Source of the DNA: Eledone cirrhosa
Taxonomy: Eukaryota
DNA: 64,000 nucleotides
Assembly (NCBI GenBank): GCA_964016885.1
Contig: CAXHJY010000235.1
Coordinates: 1-64,000, forward strand
Direction of reading: 5' to 3'
Positions 44,629 to 58,560 of the stretch are shown here, one piece after another. The notes under the pieces are model-generated. The model was not told where the DNA came from. It made no database searches and worked only from the letters and a program-made list of their open reading frames with translations. The position numbers and the translations under genes are program-made. The first letter of the stretch is position 1. Each line of letters opens with the position of its first letter.

Positions 44629-45346
44629 TTAACCTTTTCATGTTCGTATTTCTAATGTAATACACTCTATCTTAACTATAATAAAGAAAGGAGTGCGGGA
44701 TTGTGTCCAGAATATATTTTTTTACCCCGTTTGTATAATAAGTTGGATTACTTTGAATAAATAATGAATGAATATTACATAATTTACGTGCTAAATTTTG
44801 TGGCTGTTGATAAATTATATTTTATAGCTTATTTAAAGACCCTTAAAATTCACTTCTTTAAAATTTTCCAATGTCAACACTTCCGGTTAGCGGCCGTTAT
44901 ATTATAGCACTTATAAAAATATTGCATATATTTCCGTCGCTAATTTTCTCCTAATGCAGTTTATATATAATATCGTCTTTTTTTAAATGTATCATGGATT
45001 ACGTTACTGATTACAGAAGACAGTATAACATAGACTTTGTTCAATTTCTGTGTATATTGTCAATTACGATTTTATTTGATGTATCATATCTACATGTATA
45101 TATATTTGTGTATAATATCAATATACACACTACACACTACGGGTGGTTTTTCTGCTAGTTTCAATTAATGAATTTTACTAAAATTTACTAAAAGAAATTT
45201 TATTACAACAATAGTAACTTAATATATGCTTTTTATATATAATTATATTGGTAAGATTTTAATTTAAATAGGAATACTTTAAAATTGGTTCTATGAAACA
45301 AAGCTACCTGAGTTGGCTTTAACCAGGCTGGTGTCAAAAAGGTTCA
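44629..45346. mobile_element. ~720-bp non-autonomous TTAA-targeting (piggyBac-like) element nested in a SINE-associated repeat
   Basis: Begins TTAA-ccttttca and ends tcaaaaagg-TTCA. The host ~88-bp unit (cccctaccaTTAA...tacaccaaagaaaccttatgaaatacaacc) resumes directly after it. Confidence 0.6.
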
Positions 45347-45921
45347 TACACCAAAGAAACCTTATGAAATACAACCTTTAGGAGGGCAGCTAAATCTATA
45401 TAGGTGTGAGCTATGAATTTTCACTTTTTTTTTTTTATTTCATCCCACCCCCAACCCATCACAATAGTTGCAAAGGAGATCAGCAATGTATTGATTGTAG
45501 TGATTCCTTGCTTCCAAGTATTTTTTCTTTTCTCATTTGTTTGGCTGCTGTTTGTGATGAGAGAAAGTGGTTATATACTTGTGATGATATAGTCGTGGGT
45601 TTGGTTCCTGGGTGGTATGTTTGGTTCTGAAGATGTTTTGTTTTTTACTTTCTATTTAATCAAGGAAAGAAGGGTAGTGTCCATAACTTATTTTAAGGGA
45701 GGGAGGTATCCTTATATTGGATAGTTCAGGCTGAACTTTCACACTTCATGACCTGACTAAATATATGCCTTAACAGATAACACTGTTGACGAATCAAAAG
45801 AAAGCAAATGGGATCATGTGACTATTACAATGTCAAATGAATTATCTAGCAGCTTTCTTGATAACAAACCCTTAGTTATGGTTGAGTGCAGTTGCATTGT
45901 GTGTGTGTGTGTGTGTGTATG

Positions 45922-45953
<32 letters not shown>

Positions 45954-46039
45954 CGCACACACTATCGAATCTGGCTGTAGATCATTATTGACACAAGCTA
46001 AGTATGAAAGACAGACTAGGAAACAAAAAGAAAGGAAAT

Positions 46040-46325
46040 AAGCCAATACTCAGATTGGACCAAAGAAACAATGTTTCCATTGATCATTCTATTACTATTA
46101 TCTGTCAGTTGCAATTCCTAGCAGATGTGTGTATGAAGCTGATCATCATATCAGACCAAGTAAACTATATTTTTATTGGTCTTTCCATTATTGACACTGT
46201 TAGTTACAACTCTTGGCAGATGTGTGTGATAGGAAAGAAGCTGATCATCAGATCAGACCAAGTAAACTATATTTCTATTGGTCTTTCCATTATCAACACT
46301 GTCAGTTATAACTCTTGGCAGATGC
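46040..46325 (+). repeat. Three degenerate ~100-bp tandem units
   Basis: Repeated cagaccaagtaaactatatt..ggtctttccattat..cagtt..aactcttggcagatg. A related unit lies at 37015-37100. Confidence 0.7.
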
Positions 46326-47931
46326 ATCACTACTTTTCTGATGACAGGAAGTGGGATTTGAACTCAGAATGTACAGAACCAGAACAGATACCACAATAAA
46401 TCCTATCCAATGCTGGATCAAGTACTAAGCCATTAAATCCATGACCCTGATATCTTCCAGGGCAATGTCATCTTCATCCTGTTGGCCAGGCCAGGACCAC
46501 GAGGTGGACTGATGGGGATGGCATGTGGAATAGATTTACTTGCATGAAGATGAGTAGTTTAACAAATTAGATTTGTCTAAACTACTGCATTACATAGTGA
46601 TAATTGTGGCTTTCATTGGGGTAGAGCCTTTTGCATGCACCTCTATTTACATGTTGTTCTTAATATTTTTAATACCAACCCGCCTCAATTCGCCCTTGGT
46701 TCTGTAATGCAAAACTGTTTATTTTAAAATGCTTATATTTATCTTAAAACCTTCCATCATAATTTTATGCACCAGCTTTTGTGAAGGTATGTTCCAAACT
46801 GCTGCGTATTTCATTTGAAAGTGCTAAGAAACTCCCAGGAGAGCTGAGCAGGAGATCTTAGAAAAGAACCCCTTCTCTCAAGCAAGTCATATTACTACAT
46901 CCAAAATTCTAGATTATTTTTCTAAATTTGAAATCTGGTTGCAAAAGAGTTAAAATTGTCCTATATCTATTTTGGTTTTTAAAATCAACACGCTTTATCC
47001 ATTGTGTTGTAAGAAGTGACTTTAAAAGGTTTGGAACCAGGAACCCTATTACCATAAGATATATCATCATCATCATCATTTAACGTCTATTTTCCATGCT
47101 AGCATGGATTAGACAAGTTTGTCCCATTAGAGGCAAGTTGGGTTGGGTGACTGTCTCTTGGGTTAGGCGGCGAATTTACAGAGTTGTTAAGACGTCGGAT
47201 AGAATGCTTTGCTGTATTCGTCCCACCTCATTGCGTGCTCTGAGTTCAAATCCCACCGGAGTAAACTTTGCCTTTCATCCTTACGGGGTCGATAAAATAA
47301 AGTACCAGTAATGCACTGGTTAATTGCTGGCCTTGTGCCAAAAGTAGAAACAATTATTAGTACAGATTAAAGTTTAAGCAAAGAATCGTTGCTTTCACAC
47401 TGTTACAGGATCTGAAATTTTATATAATATATAATATATATATGTGTGTGTGTGTACACGCATACCATATGTACTTGTAAGTTGCACCTCTATTTTAATA
47501 CATTTACTATGTACCATATTTTTTGCCTTGAGGTTTTGTAGATTCAGTAGATAAGTCATGTACTGGTTTTAAACGTCCTATTTTCATGGCAAAAGGTGTA
47601 ACGTGTATATGAACATTGTGTGTTACAAAAACAATAACAGCTACGGTAGTAACAGTAACAACAATAACAAAGGTAACAATTACAATGACTTTAATGCTAT
47701 CAAAAATAAAAATAAAAAAACAGTAAAAGCTATCCCTGTGATAACCATTTTTTCATCTTAGCTCGCAGTTGATACTAATTCATTCCTCACTTAAATTTCT
47801 TCATCTCCTATCTTAGCTCACAGCTCATGATAACTCATTCCTCACTCATCACTGACACAGCAAGCATAGTAAGTCGTGTTCAACATATGTTGTCTTCTTT
47901 CCTCAGGAAGTTTTGTGTGTATGTGTGTGTG

Positions 47932-47965
<34 letters not shown>

Positions 47966-48430
47966 TGCCAACAATATATGTTTATTGTTGGTGTTTTGTA
48001 ATTCTTTTCTAGTTTTGAATAGTAACAGCAGTCCCTACGCTAGCAGTGGTGGTGGTGGTGGAAGTTGCTGTTTGTGGTAATGGTGGTGGAAATAATGTTG
48101 CTGTTTGTGGTAATGGTGATGTTGGTGGTAGTGATAGTAGTTGTGGTGGAGGTGATGCTGTTAGTGTTGTTGGTGCAGATGTTGGGAGTGATTGGGATGA
48201 TGGTGGTGGTGTTGATGTGCTGGTTTTAGTGGTAATGGTGGTGTGGGTTGAATAGATGAGACGCTGGTTGCCCCTGGAAGGGAGTTTCAGATTTTCTAGG
48301 TTAAATTCATTAAAGATTTCATTATCTTAAAAACAATTTCTCTCTCCCTCTCTCTTTCTCTCTAAGAAATCAAAATTATAAATCATGGTATGTTAGTGCA
48401 ACTGTTAAATTATGTATGTATGTATGTATG

Positions 48431-49050
48431 TCACCAGTTGGTGCTACTGGTAACATGTATTCCAGTACAACCTGTCTCATGGTCGAGTCGTTGGCGACTA
48501 AACTGGCAACCCCACCAAAGTCACCCTCCTCACCAAGGTTTCTTGGTGAGGAGGGTGACTTTGGACATCCTGCAGGACTAAAAACAAAACCTGTCAAAGG
48601 GCAAAGGAGCTCTTAAGAGTCAATGGCCATTCAAAATCACCGGGAGAGATGACCCCTTAGCCTTTGTCAAGGCAGAATTCTAGAAGGAGGAAAACTCTGA
48701 TATAACACCTGCAACCCTGGTGGTATCCAATGATGTTGACTTGTTCTTCTTTTTGGTAAATATCATCTTGGTTAAGAGAGTGGGACTGGCTTTGTGCAGT
48801 GCCTTTGCTCACTATAAAAGCTTCACGGCACAGGCATTGCTTTATATCTGGAGATCTCTCTGCACTTGTCATCACAGGGTACAATGGGCCCAGCACTGTG
48901 TCAGTAATTGTCACAAGTGTAGTGTTTGTACCAGAGTTTTCAAGTCGCTGGCTGGACTAAAAAGTCACACTCGTTTAACGCATTAGTAGGGGTTCTCCTA
49001 CATGGATATAAAGTAGTGGCCGTACTCGAAAACGAGTTGGCAGCCACCAT
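48431..49050 (+). mobile_element. Bipartite non-autonomous RTE derivative (structured 5' UTR fused to 3' zinc-finger/UTR end)
   Basis: The 5' part has ggcgactaaa and ctagaaggaggaaaactctgat, motifs I recall from RTE 5' UTRs. The 3' part encodes [19 protein letters not shown]. No RT in between. Flanked by (TATG)n and (TA)n. Confidence 0.6.
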
Positions 49051-49057
49051 ATATATA

Positions 49058-49110
<53 letters not shown>

Positions 49111-49239
49111 AAATGAAAAAGAAATATGTATATACAGAGAGAGAAAGAACCATATATCGTATAAGAAACACGATATAATGTATATATATACCAAATACAT
49201 ATTCTATAGAAGAATATGTACACAGGTGGAATCATGTGA

Positions 49240-49396
49240 AACCTTACAGCACTATTTCATACCTGGAGAGTGGCTAAAAATCAATCTATGTAATCGATCA
49301 CCGAAAAAAAATCAATCAATATAATCAATCAATATAATCGATCATCGAAGTCAAACTATCAATTATGATTAAACCACATGGGACTCTGGTACTCAT
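49240..49396 (-). ncRNA. 5'-clipped hammerhead remnant with ~135-nt stem II
   Basis: Minus strand: (TA)n-ATGA-gtacc..gtggtt..aatca...tgatt..agccac..ggtat-GAAA-tagtgct-GTA. CUG is replaced by the microsatellite. Confidence 0.5.
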
Positions 49397-50169
49397 TATA
49401 TATATATATATATATATATATAATTGTGAGAGGACCTTATTTATGTCAAGGACATAACTTTCCTAGTGGTAATAACAGGATAAATACACCCAGTACTTGT
49501 TGTAAAGTTGTAAACCAGAATGTATGTAAGCAAGTTGTGCCTCTACTCCTGACAATTTGGGGAAATAATGGTTTCTGAATTAGGCACAAGACCAACAATT
49601 TTGGGAGATGGGAAAGTTGATTAAATTGACCCCAGTACTTTATTTTATCAACCCTATAAGGATGAAAGGCAAAGTTAACATTAGCAGGATTTGAACTCAG
49701 AACATACAAGGATGTAAGTATATGCCACAGAGCTCTACTAATACTGCCAGTCAGTTTTGACTTTGTCTGTGAGGACTGTCCGACCCATGCTGCTGCTGAT
49801 GATGATGAACCATATACACACGTGTATGAGTCGCACATTTTCCATAAAAATATTACTTGGAAGACCAGTATCTGACTTATCTACAGGATCTACAAAACCC
49901 CAATTTGAAATATGTTTCATTTTAAATGTATGTAGTACTTTCTTATGTACATACCATATACATACATACAAACACACAACTTTTTGTTTGTTTTCCTATA
50001 TGACTTTTTCTCACTCCACCGTCTGTGCATACTTCCTCTTCTTCTCTAATATGTTGGGTTTTGTTTCCATGTCTTCTTCCCAGTTGCAGCACATTAGTTT
50101 GTAGCAAATTCTATATATTTGTAAAGAGTTCAAAGATCAATCGTCCTGCCTTGTGTCCATTAGTTACTG

Positions 50170-50353
50170 GGCGGTGAATTGGCAGTATCGGTAGAGGGTT
50201 GGATGCCATGCTTTCTAGCATAGTTACGTCCCTTTACAGTCTGAGTTCAAATCCCGCCGAGATTAACTTTGCCTTTCATCCTTACGGGGTCGATAAAATA
50301 AAGTACCAGTAATGCACTGGGTAATTGCTGGCCTTGTGCCTAAAGTAGAAACA
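50170..50353 (+). mobile_element. tRNA-derived SINE family B, full length, 11-bp TSD
   Basis: A box tggcagtatcggtag and B box gagttcaaatccc. TSD attagttactg at 50159-50169 and 50354-50364. Confidence 0.9.
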
Positions 50354-50994
50354 ATTAGTTACTGTACCATGTGACTGGTTCTTGTGGTAACAACCTTAAA
50401 ATACAGAAACCATGAGGACTGCCAATGGTTGACTAATGAGAAGGGGCTGTCCTGTGTTACCTCGTTTTTCCGTTGTCTTCGCCCACCTTTTTGATTCATT
50501 ATGTATGATCTTAGCCACGTGGGACACTTTTTCAAATTGATATATATGTGTGTTTTCCCTGCTTTCAACAACATACAGAAACCCCACCTTCATTCTAATT
50601 CCCAGAATTGCTTGCTATACACACATCCCACCCCTGTAATACCCTTTTTATTTCACTCCATCTCTTCAGTTTTGTGTCTTCTCCACCATCCTCCACCCCA
50701 CCTCCTTTTGTTCATCAGAACTACCCCTCTCTTTCTCCCTCCCTTTCTTTATCCGTCTCTCTCTCCCTCACTTTCTCCTCTCTGCATCTCTTCTCCCTCA
50801 CTCCCCTTATCGTACACTCTCTCCCTCTCTTGCCCCTTCTCTCTTCCCTTCACTATCATCATCTCTTGCCCTCTATTCCCCAAACCCCCTCTCCAATTGT
50901 CCCTCACTTTCTCCCCTTGGCTGCTCACTCTAGACACAGCTACTGCTCCCCACCACCACCCGTTCCATCACAGATATCAGTCCCAGTACCACTA

Positions 50995-53900
50995 GACACC
51001 ACTACAACCACTAACTACCACTGCCAATATTAACCCCACAACCACCACCACAACCACTAACTACCACTGCCAATATTAACCCCACAACCACCACCACTAC
51101 CACTAACTACCACTGCCAATATTAACCCCACAACCACCACCACAACCACTAACTACCACTGCCAATATTAACCCCACAACCACCACCACTACCACTAACT
51201 ACCACTGCCAATATTAACCCCACAACCACCACCACAACCACTAACTACCACTGCCAATATTAACCCCACAACCACCACCACTACCACTAACTACCACTGC
51301 CAATATTAACCCCACCACCACCACCACTACCACTAACTACCACTGCCAATATTAACCCCACAACCACCACCACAACCACTAACTACCACTGCCAATATTA
51401 ACCCCACAACCACCACCACTACCACTAACTACCACTGCCAATATTAACCCCACAACCACCACCACAACCACTAACTACCACTGCCAATATTAACCCCACA
51501 ACCACCACCACTACCACTAACTACCACTGCCAATATTAACCCCACCACCACCACCACTACCACTAACTACCACTGCCAATATTAACCCCACAACCACCAC
51601 CACAACCACTAACTACCACTGCCAATATTAACCCCACAACCACCACCACAACCACTAACTACCACTGCCAATATTAACCCCACAACCACCACCACAACCA
51701 CTAACTACCACTGCCAATATTAACCCCACCACCACCACTACCACTGCCAATATTAACCCCACCACCACCACCACTACCACTAACTACCACTGCCAATATT
51801 AACCCCACCACCACCACCACTACCACTAACTACCACTGTCAATATTAACCCCACAACCACCACCACAACCACTAACTACCACTGCCAATATTAACCCCAC
51901 CACCACCACCACTACCACTAACTACCACTGCCAATATTAACCCCACCACCACCACCACTACCACTAACTACCACTGCCAATATTAACCCCACCACCACCA
52001 CCACTACCACTAACTACCACTGCCAATATTAACCCCACCACCACCACCACTACCACTAACTACCACTGCCAATATTAACCCCACCACCACCACCACTACC
52101 ACTAACTACCACTGCCAATATTAACCCCACCACCACCACCACTACCACTAACTACCACTGCCAATATTAACCCCACCACCACCACCACTACCACTAACTA
52201 CCACTGCCAATATTAACCCCACAACCACCACCACAACCACTAACTACCACTGCCAATATTAACCCCACCACCACCACCACTACCACTAACTACCACTGCC
52301 AATATTAACCCCACCACCACCACCACCACCACTACCACTAACTACCACTGCCAATATTAACCCCACCACCACCACCACTACCACTAACTACCACTGCCAA
52401 TATTAACCCCACCACCACCACCACTACCACTAACTACCACTGCCAATATTAACCCCACCACCACCACCACTACCACTAACTACCACTGCCAATATTAACC
52501 CCACCACCACCACCACAACCACTAACTACCACTGCCAATATTAACCCCACCACCACCACCACTACCACTAACTACCACTGCCAATATTAACCCCACCACC
52601 ACCACCACTAACTACCACTGCCAATATTAACCCCCACCACTACCAACTACCACTGCCAATATTAACCCCACCACCACCACCACTACCAACTACCACTGCC
52701 AATATTAACCCCACCACCACCACCACAACCACTAACTACCACTGCCAATATTAACCCCACCACTACCAACTACCACTGCCAATATTAACCCCACCACCAC
52801 CACCACTACCAACTACCACTGCCAATATTAACCCCACCACCACCACCACAACCACTAACTACCACTGCCAATATTAACCCCACCACTACCAACTACCACT
52901 GCCAATATTAACCCCACCACTACCAACTACCACTGCCAATATTAACCCCACCACCACCACAACCACCAACTACCACTGCCAATATTAACCCCACCACTAC
53001 CAACTACCACTGCCAATATTAACCCCACCACCACCACCACTACCACTAACTACCACTGCCAATATTAACCCCACCACTACCAACTACCACTGCCAATATT
53101 AACCCCACCACCACCACCACTACCAACTACCACTGCCAATATTAACCCCACCACTACCAACTACCACTGCCAATATTAACCCCACCACTACCAACTACCA
53201 CTGCCAATATTAACCCCACCACTACCAACTACCACTGCCAATATTAACCCCACCACCACCACCACTACCAACTACCACTGCCAATATTAACCCCACCACT
53301 ACCAACTACCACTGCCAATATTAACCCCACCACCACCACAACCACCAACTACCACTGCCAATATTAACCCCACCACTACCAACTACCACTGCCAATATTA
53401 ACCCCACCACCACCACAACCACCAACTACCACTGCCAATATTAACCCCACCACTACCAACTACCACTGCCAATATTAACCCCACCACCACCACCACAACC
53501 ACTAACTACCACTGCCAATATTAACTCCACCACCACCACCACCACAACCACTAACTACCACTGCCAATATTAACCCCACCACCACCACCACCACAACCAC
53601 TAACTACCACGGCCAATATTAACCCCACCACTACCAACTACCACTGCCAATATTAACCCCACCACTACCAACTACCACTGCCAATATTAACCCCACCACC
53701 ACCACCACCACTACCAACTACCACTGCCAATATTAACCCCACCACTACCAACTACCACTGCCAATATTAACCCCACCACTACCAACTACCACTGCCAATA
53801 TTAACCCCACCACTACCAACTACCACTGCCAATATTAACACCACCACTACCAACTACCACTGCCAATATTAACCCCACCACTACCAACTACCACTGCCAA

Positions 53901-55003
53901 TATTAACCCCACCACCACCACCACCACTACCAACTACCACTGCCAATATTAACCCCACCACTACCAACTACCACTGCCAATATTAACCCCACCACTACCA
54001 ACTACCACTGCCAATATTAACCCCACCACTACCAACTACCACTGCCAATATTAACACCACCACTACCAACTACCACTGCCAATATTAACCCCACCACTGC
54101 CAATATTAACCCCACCACTACCAACTACCACTGCCAATATTAACCCCACCACTACCAACTACCACTGCCAATATTAACCCCACCACCACCACCACCACTA
54201 CCAACTACCACTGCCAATATTAACCCCACCACTACCAACTACCACTGCCAATATTAACCCCACCACTACCAACTACCACTGCCAATATTAACCCCACCAC
54301 TACCAACTACCACTGCCAATATTAACCCCACCACCACCACCACCACTACCAACTACCACTGCCAATATTAACCCCACCACCACCACCACCACTACCAACT
54401 ACCACTGCCAATATTAACCCCACCACTACCAACTACCACTGCCAATATTAACCCCACCACCACCACCACCACTACCAACTACCACTGCCAATATTAACCC
54501 CACCACTACCAACTACCACTGCCAATATTAACCCCACCACTACCAACTACCACTGCCAATATTAACCCCACCACTACCAACTACCACTGCCAATATTAAC
54601 ACCACCACTACCAACTACCACTGCCAATATTAACCCCACCACTACCAACTACCACTGCCAATATTAACCCCACCACTACCAACTACCACTGCCAATATTA
54701 ACCCCACCACTACCAACTACCACTGCCAATATTAACCCCACCACCACCACCACCACTACCAACTACCACTGCCAATATTAACCCCACCACTACCAACTAC
54801 CACTGCCAATATTAACCCCACCACTACCAACTACCACTGCCAATATTAACCCCACCACTACCAACTACCACTGCCAATATTAACACCACCACTACCAACT
54901 ACCACTGCCAATATTAACCCCACCACTACCAACTACCACTGCCAATATTAACCCCACCACTACCAACTACCACTGCCAATATTAACCCCACCACTACCAC
55001 TAC
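50995..55003. repeat. ~4-kb C-rich minisatellite; 46-bp units grading to 34-bp units
   Basis: Near-invariant core actaccactgccaatattaacccc with a variable (acc)n spacer. Confidence 0.97.
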
Positions 55004-55112
55004 TTCATATTTCTTAAACCCTCAATTTATCACCCCCACCCACTATCCTTTTCAACTTGGTTCCTTCAAGTGACATTTCAATGTGACAAGTTTAAAGTAC
55101 AGTTTAGAGCTA

Positions 55113-56115
55113 CTGGTGGTGGTAGTGGTTGTATGGAGGCGTGGTGGTGGTGGTGTGGTGGTGGTGGTGGTTTTATGGAGGTGTGGTGGTGGTGGTGGTT
55201 GTATGGAGGTGTGGTGGTGGTGGTGGTTTTATGGAGGTGTGGTGGTGGTGGTGGTTGTATGGAGGTGTGGTGGTGGTGGTGGTTGTATGGAGGTGTGGTG
55301 GTGGTGGTGGTTGTATGGAGGTGTGGTGGTGGTGGTGGTTGTATGGAGGTGTGGTGGTGGTGGTGGTGGTAGTGGTTGTATGGAGGTGTGGTGGTGGTGG
55401 TGGTGGTAGTGGTTGTATGGAGGTGTGGTGGTGGTGGTGGTTGTATGGAGGTGTGTAGGTGGTGGTGGTGGTAGTTGTTGTGTGGCAGCGTGGTGGTTAT
55501 GGTTGTTGTGGTATGGAAGTGTGGTGACGGTAGTGGTTGTTGTGGTATGGAAGTGTGGTGACGGTAGTGGTGGTTGTGGTATGGAAGTGTGGTGACGGTA
55601 GTGGTGGTTGTGGTATGGAAGTGTGGTGGTTGTGGTATGGAAGTGTGGTGACGGTAGTGGTGGTTGTGGTATGGAAGTGTGGTGACGGTAGTGGTGGTTG
55701 TGGTATGGAAGTGTGGTGACGGTAGTGGTGGTTGTGGTATGGAAGTGTGGTGACGGTAGTGGTGGTTGTGGTATGGAAGTGTGGTGACGGTAGTGGTGGT
55801 TGTGGTATGGAAGTGTGGTGACGGTAGTGGTGGTTGTGGTATGGAAGTGTGGTGACGGTAGTGGTGGTTGTGGTATGGAAGTGTGGTGACGGTAGTGGTG
55901 GTATGGTATGGAAGTGTGGTGACGGTAGTGGTGGTTGTGGTATGGAAGTGTGGTGATGGTAGTGGTTGTTGTGGTATGGAAGTGTGGTGGTTGTGGTATG
56001 GAAGTGTGGTGATGGTAGTGGTTGTTGTGGTATGGAAGTGTGGTGACGGTAGTGGTGGTATGGAAGTGTGGTGATGGTAGTAGTGGTGGTAGTGGTGGTT
56101 GATGTGGAAGTGTGG
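55113..56115. repeat. G-rich minisatellites: 28-bp unit (55113-55460) then 34-bp unit (55500-56110)
   Basis: ggttgtatggaggtgtggtggtggtggt and ggtatggaagtgtggtgacggtagtggtggttgt. Confidence 0.95.
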
Positions 56116-56437
56116 TGGGAAATAAAATAGCAGCAGTGGTAGCTTGGCTGGTGCTAGCTTAATGGTGTAGGCAGTAGCATGCTGGTGGTGGCCATGATAT
56201 GAAACTATAGTAATGAAGGTGGTAGCAGCATAGTGGCGGTGGTGGTGGAATTGCTCTCCATCAGTTTCAATGAGTGTCCTCAGCATGGTCATAATCAAAT
56301 GACTGACACCAATAAAAGTTTTTAAAAGTGTGTATACAGTATATAGGTGTATGTGTGTGTATATATATAGATGTGTAGATCTTTGAGTGTATATATGTGT
56401 AGACGTGTGTATATATATAAATATTTATATAGATGTG

Positions 56438-56488
<51 letters not shown>

Positions 56489-56493
<5 letters not shown>

Positions 56494-56736
56494 GATGAGT
56501 GCGTATATGTAGATGAGTGCGTATATGTAGATGAGTGCGTATATGTAGATGAGTGCGTATATGTAGATGAGTGCGTATATGTAGATGAGTGCGTATATGT
56601 AGATGTGTGCGTATATGTAGATGTGTGCGTCTATGTAGATGTGTGCGTCTATGTAGATGTGTGCGTCTATGTAGATGTGTGCGTCTATGTAGATGTGTGC
56701 GTCTATGTAGATGTGTGCGTCTATGTAGATGTGTAG
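56489..56736. repeat. 18-bp tandem repeat, about 13 copies
   Basis: gtagatgagtgcgtatat changes to gtagatgtgtgcgtctat along the array. Confidence 0.95.
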
Positions 56737-56933
56737 ACGTGTGTGTGTGTGTCAGAGAGAGAATTCATCAATGTTTTATGGTAAAGATCTGCAAATAGTG
56801 TATCAGTGGTGGGAAGGTGGGGTCGTTATCAACAGTAGTGAAAACAAGACTGCTATTTGGATTAGTTCTAAGTAGAAAGAAGGCTTCTATATAAACACAT
56901 GTATTAATTCTTTACCTTCTTTCACTTTGTGTG

Positions 56934-56976
<43 letters not shown>

Positions 56977-57919
56977 TGTGTATGTGTGTGTGTGTGTGTT
57001 GCCTTCCACTTCATTTATATATATACATTCACACTCATGCACATACTGTCACACACACACACATGCATAAATGTATGAAGTAAAACCTTATTGTCTTCCT
57101 CTTCATTTTGTTTTTCCCAACCTTCTCTTTCTTTGTGAACTTTGCTATTTTCTGAAGGACTTTTGTCTGACATGTTGAAACCCTCAGTTAAGTCTTCCTT
57201 CGCGTGAACCTAATAAAACTGTGCTTTTGTATCTGTGTTTGTCTTGTTTATTCTTGAACTAATTGTGTGTGTGTGTAAACAAGCTCATGTGTTTAGAAGA
57301 CAGCAGTGATTGAAATTTTAAAACTGAATTAGTTGCTAGCAGGGTAGGACATGCTATCGCTTTATGAGAGCTCAGGTTGGAAGATCGTGTCTTGCTCACA
57401 TAGAACTGATTTTGGCTTGGCTTCTACGGCTGGATACCTTTACTAACGCCAACCACATTCACAGTATGATATATATACATACCTACATTTTAATGTCCGC
57501 TTTGCCTGATAGCAAGGGTTGGACTATATACAGTTATATCATCATCATTTTTACTTCGACTTTTCATGTTAGATGGAAATATTTGAGAATGTTTTACAGC
57601 TGGATGCCTTTTCTGATACCAACTATTTTAGTCGCATCTCGTGACATACTGGGATACAGTGTACCTATTCTAAACTGAATACACAGTTACACTTTAAATA
57701 TATATGGTTACATCATCATCATCTACTGTACTATTGCTGTTCTGCCTTTATTTCTTCAAGTTGGTCATTTTTAAACTAGGTTAATTCAAAAGCTTGTCTG
57801 ATGTTCTCTTTGAAGTTTCCCATGAATATACATTCATTTCACATCTGCTTCTTTCATGCTATTTCATTCTCCTGCATCTAAAATATTCGCTGTTTATCAT
57901 GTTATTTGGTTTTTGAAGA

Positions 57920-58560
57920 GACTGGTTATATCTGGTGGTGGTGGTGGTGGGCGGCTGCCTGGTTATGTTTGTGGTGGTAGTGGTGGTTGTGGGTGGCAGC
58001 TACCTGGTTATATCTGTTTGTGGTGGTGGTTGTGGGAGGCTGCCTGGTTATATCTGTGATGGTGGTGGACAGCAGTCTGGTTATCTCTTTATGGTGGTGG
58101 CCATCATCATTTGCCTGGTTATATCTGTGATGGTGGTGGACAGCAGCCTTGTTATAACTGTTGGTGTGGTGGTGGTGGGCAGCAGCCTGGTTATATCTGT
58201 GATGGTGGTGGACAGCAGTCTGGTTATCTCTTTATGGTGGTGGCCATCATCATTTGCCTGGTTATATCTGTGATGGTGGTGGACAGTAGCCTTGTTATAA
58301 CTGTTGGTGTGGTGGTGGTGGGCAGCAGCCTGGTTATATCTGTGATGGTGGTGGACAGCAGCCTTGTTATAACTGTTGGTGTGGTGGTGGTGGGCAGCAG
58401 CCTGGTTATATCTGTGATGGTGGTGGACAGCAGCCTTGTTATAACTGTTGGTGTGGTGGTGGTGGGCAGCAGCCTGGTTATATCTGTGATGGTGGTGGTA
58501 GGTGGCTGCCTGGTTATATTTGTGATGATGGTGGTGGTGGATGGCAGCATTGGTTATATT
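57920..58560. repeat. Higher-order minisatellite of 33-40-bp subunits
   Basis: Repeated cagcagcctggttatatctgtgatggtggtgga alternating with cagcagccttgttataactgttggtgtggtggtggtggg. Confidence 0.9.

Noticed and set aside
48440-48512. HDV-like ribozyme call
   Set aside because: P4/J4-2/P2-like parts are present but no P1 or P1.1 partner could be found. Kept only as an unclassified structure.
50995-55003. CRISPR array or interstitial telomere
   Set aside because: The spacers are (ACC)n variants rather than unique sequence, there are no cas genes, and no tandem TTAGGG.
55078-56298. 406-aa His/Thr/Pro-rich ORF and overlapping Gly/Val/Trp ORFs
   Set aside because: Translations of GGT-based minisatellites; no splice or domain evidence.
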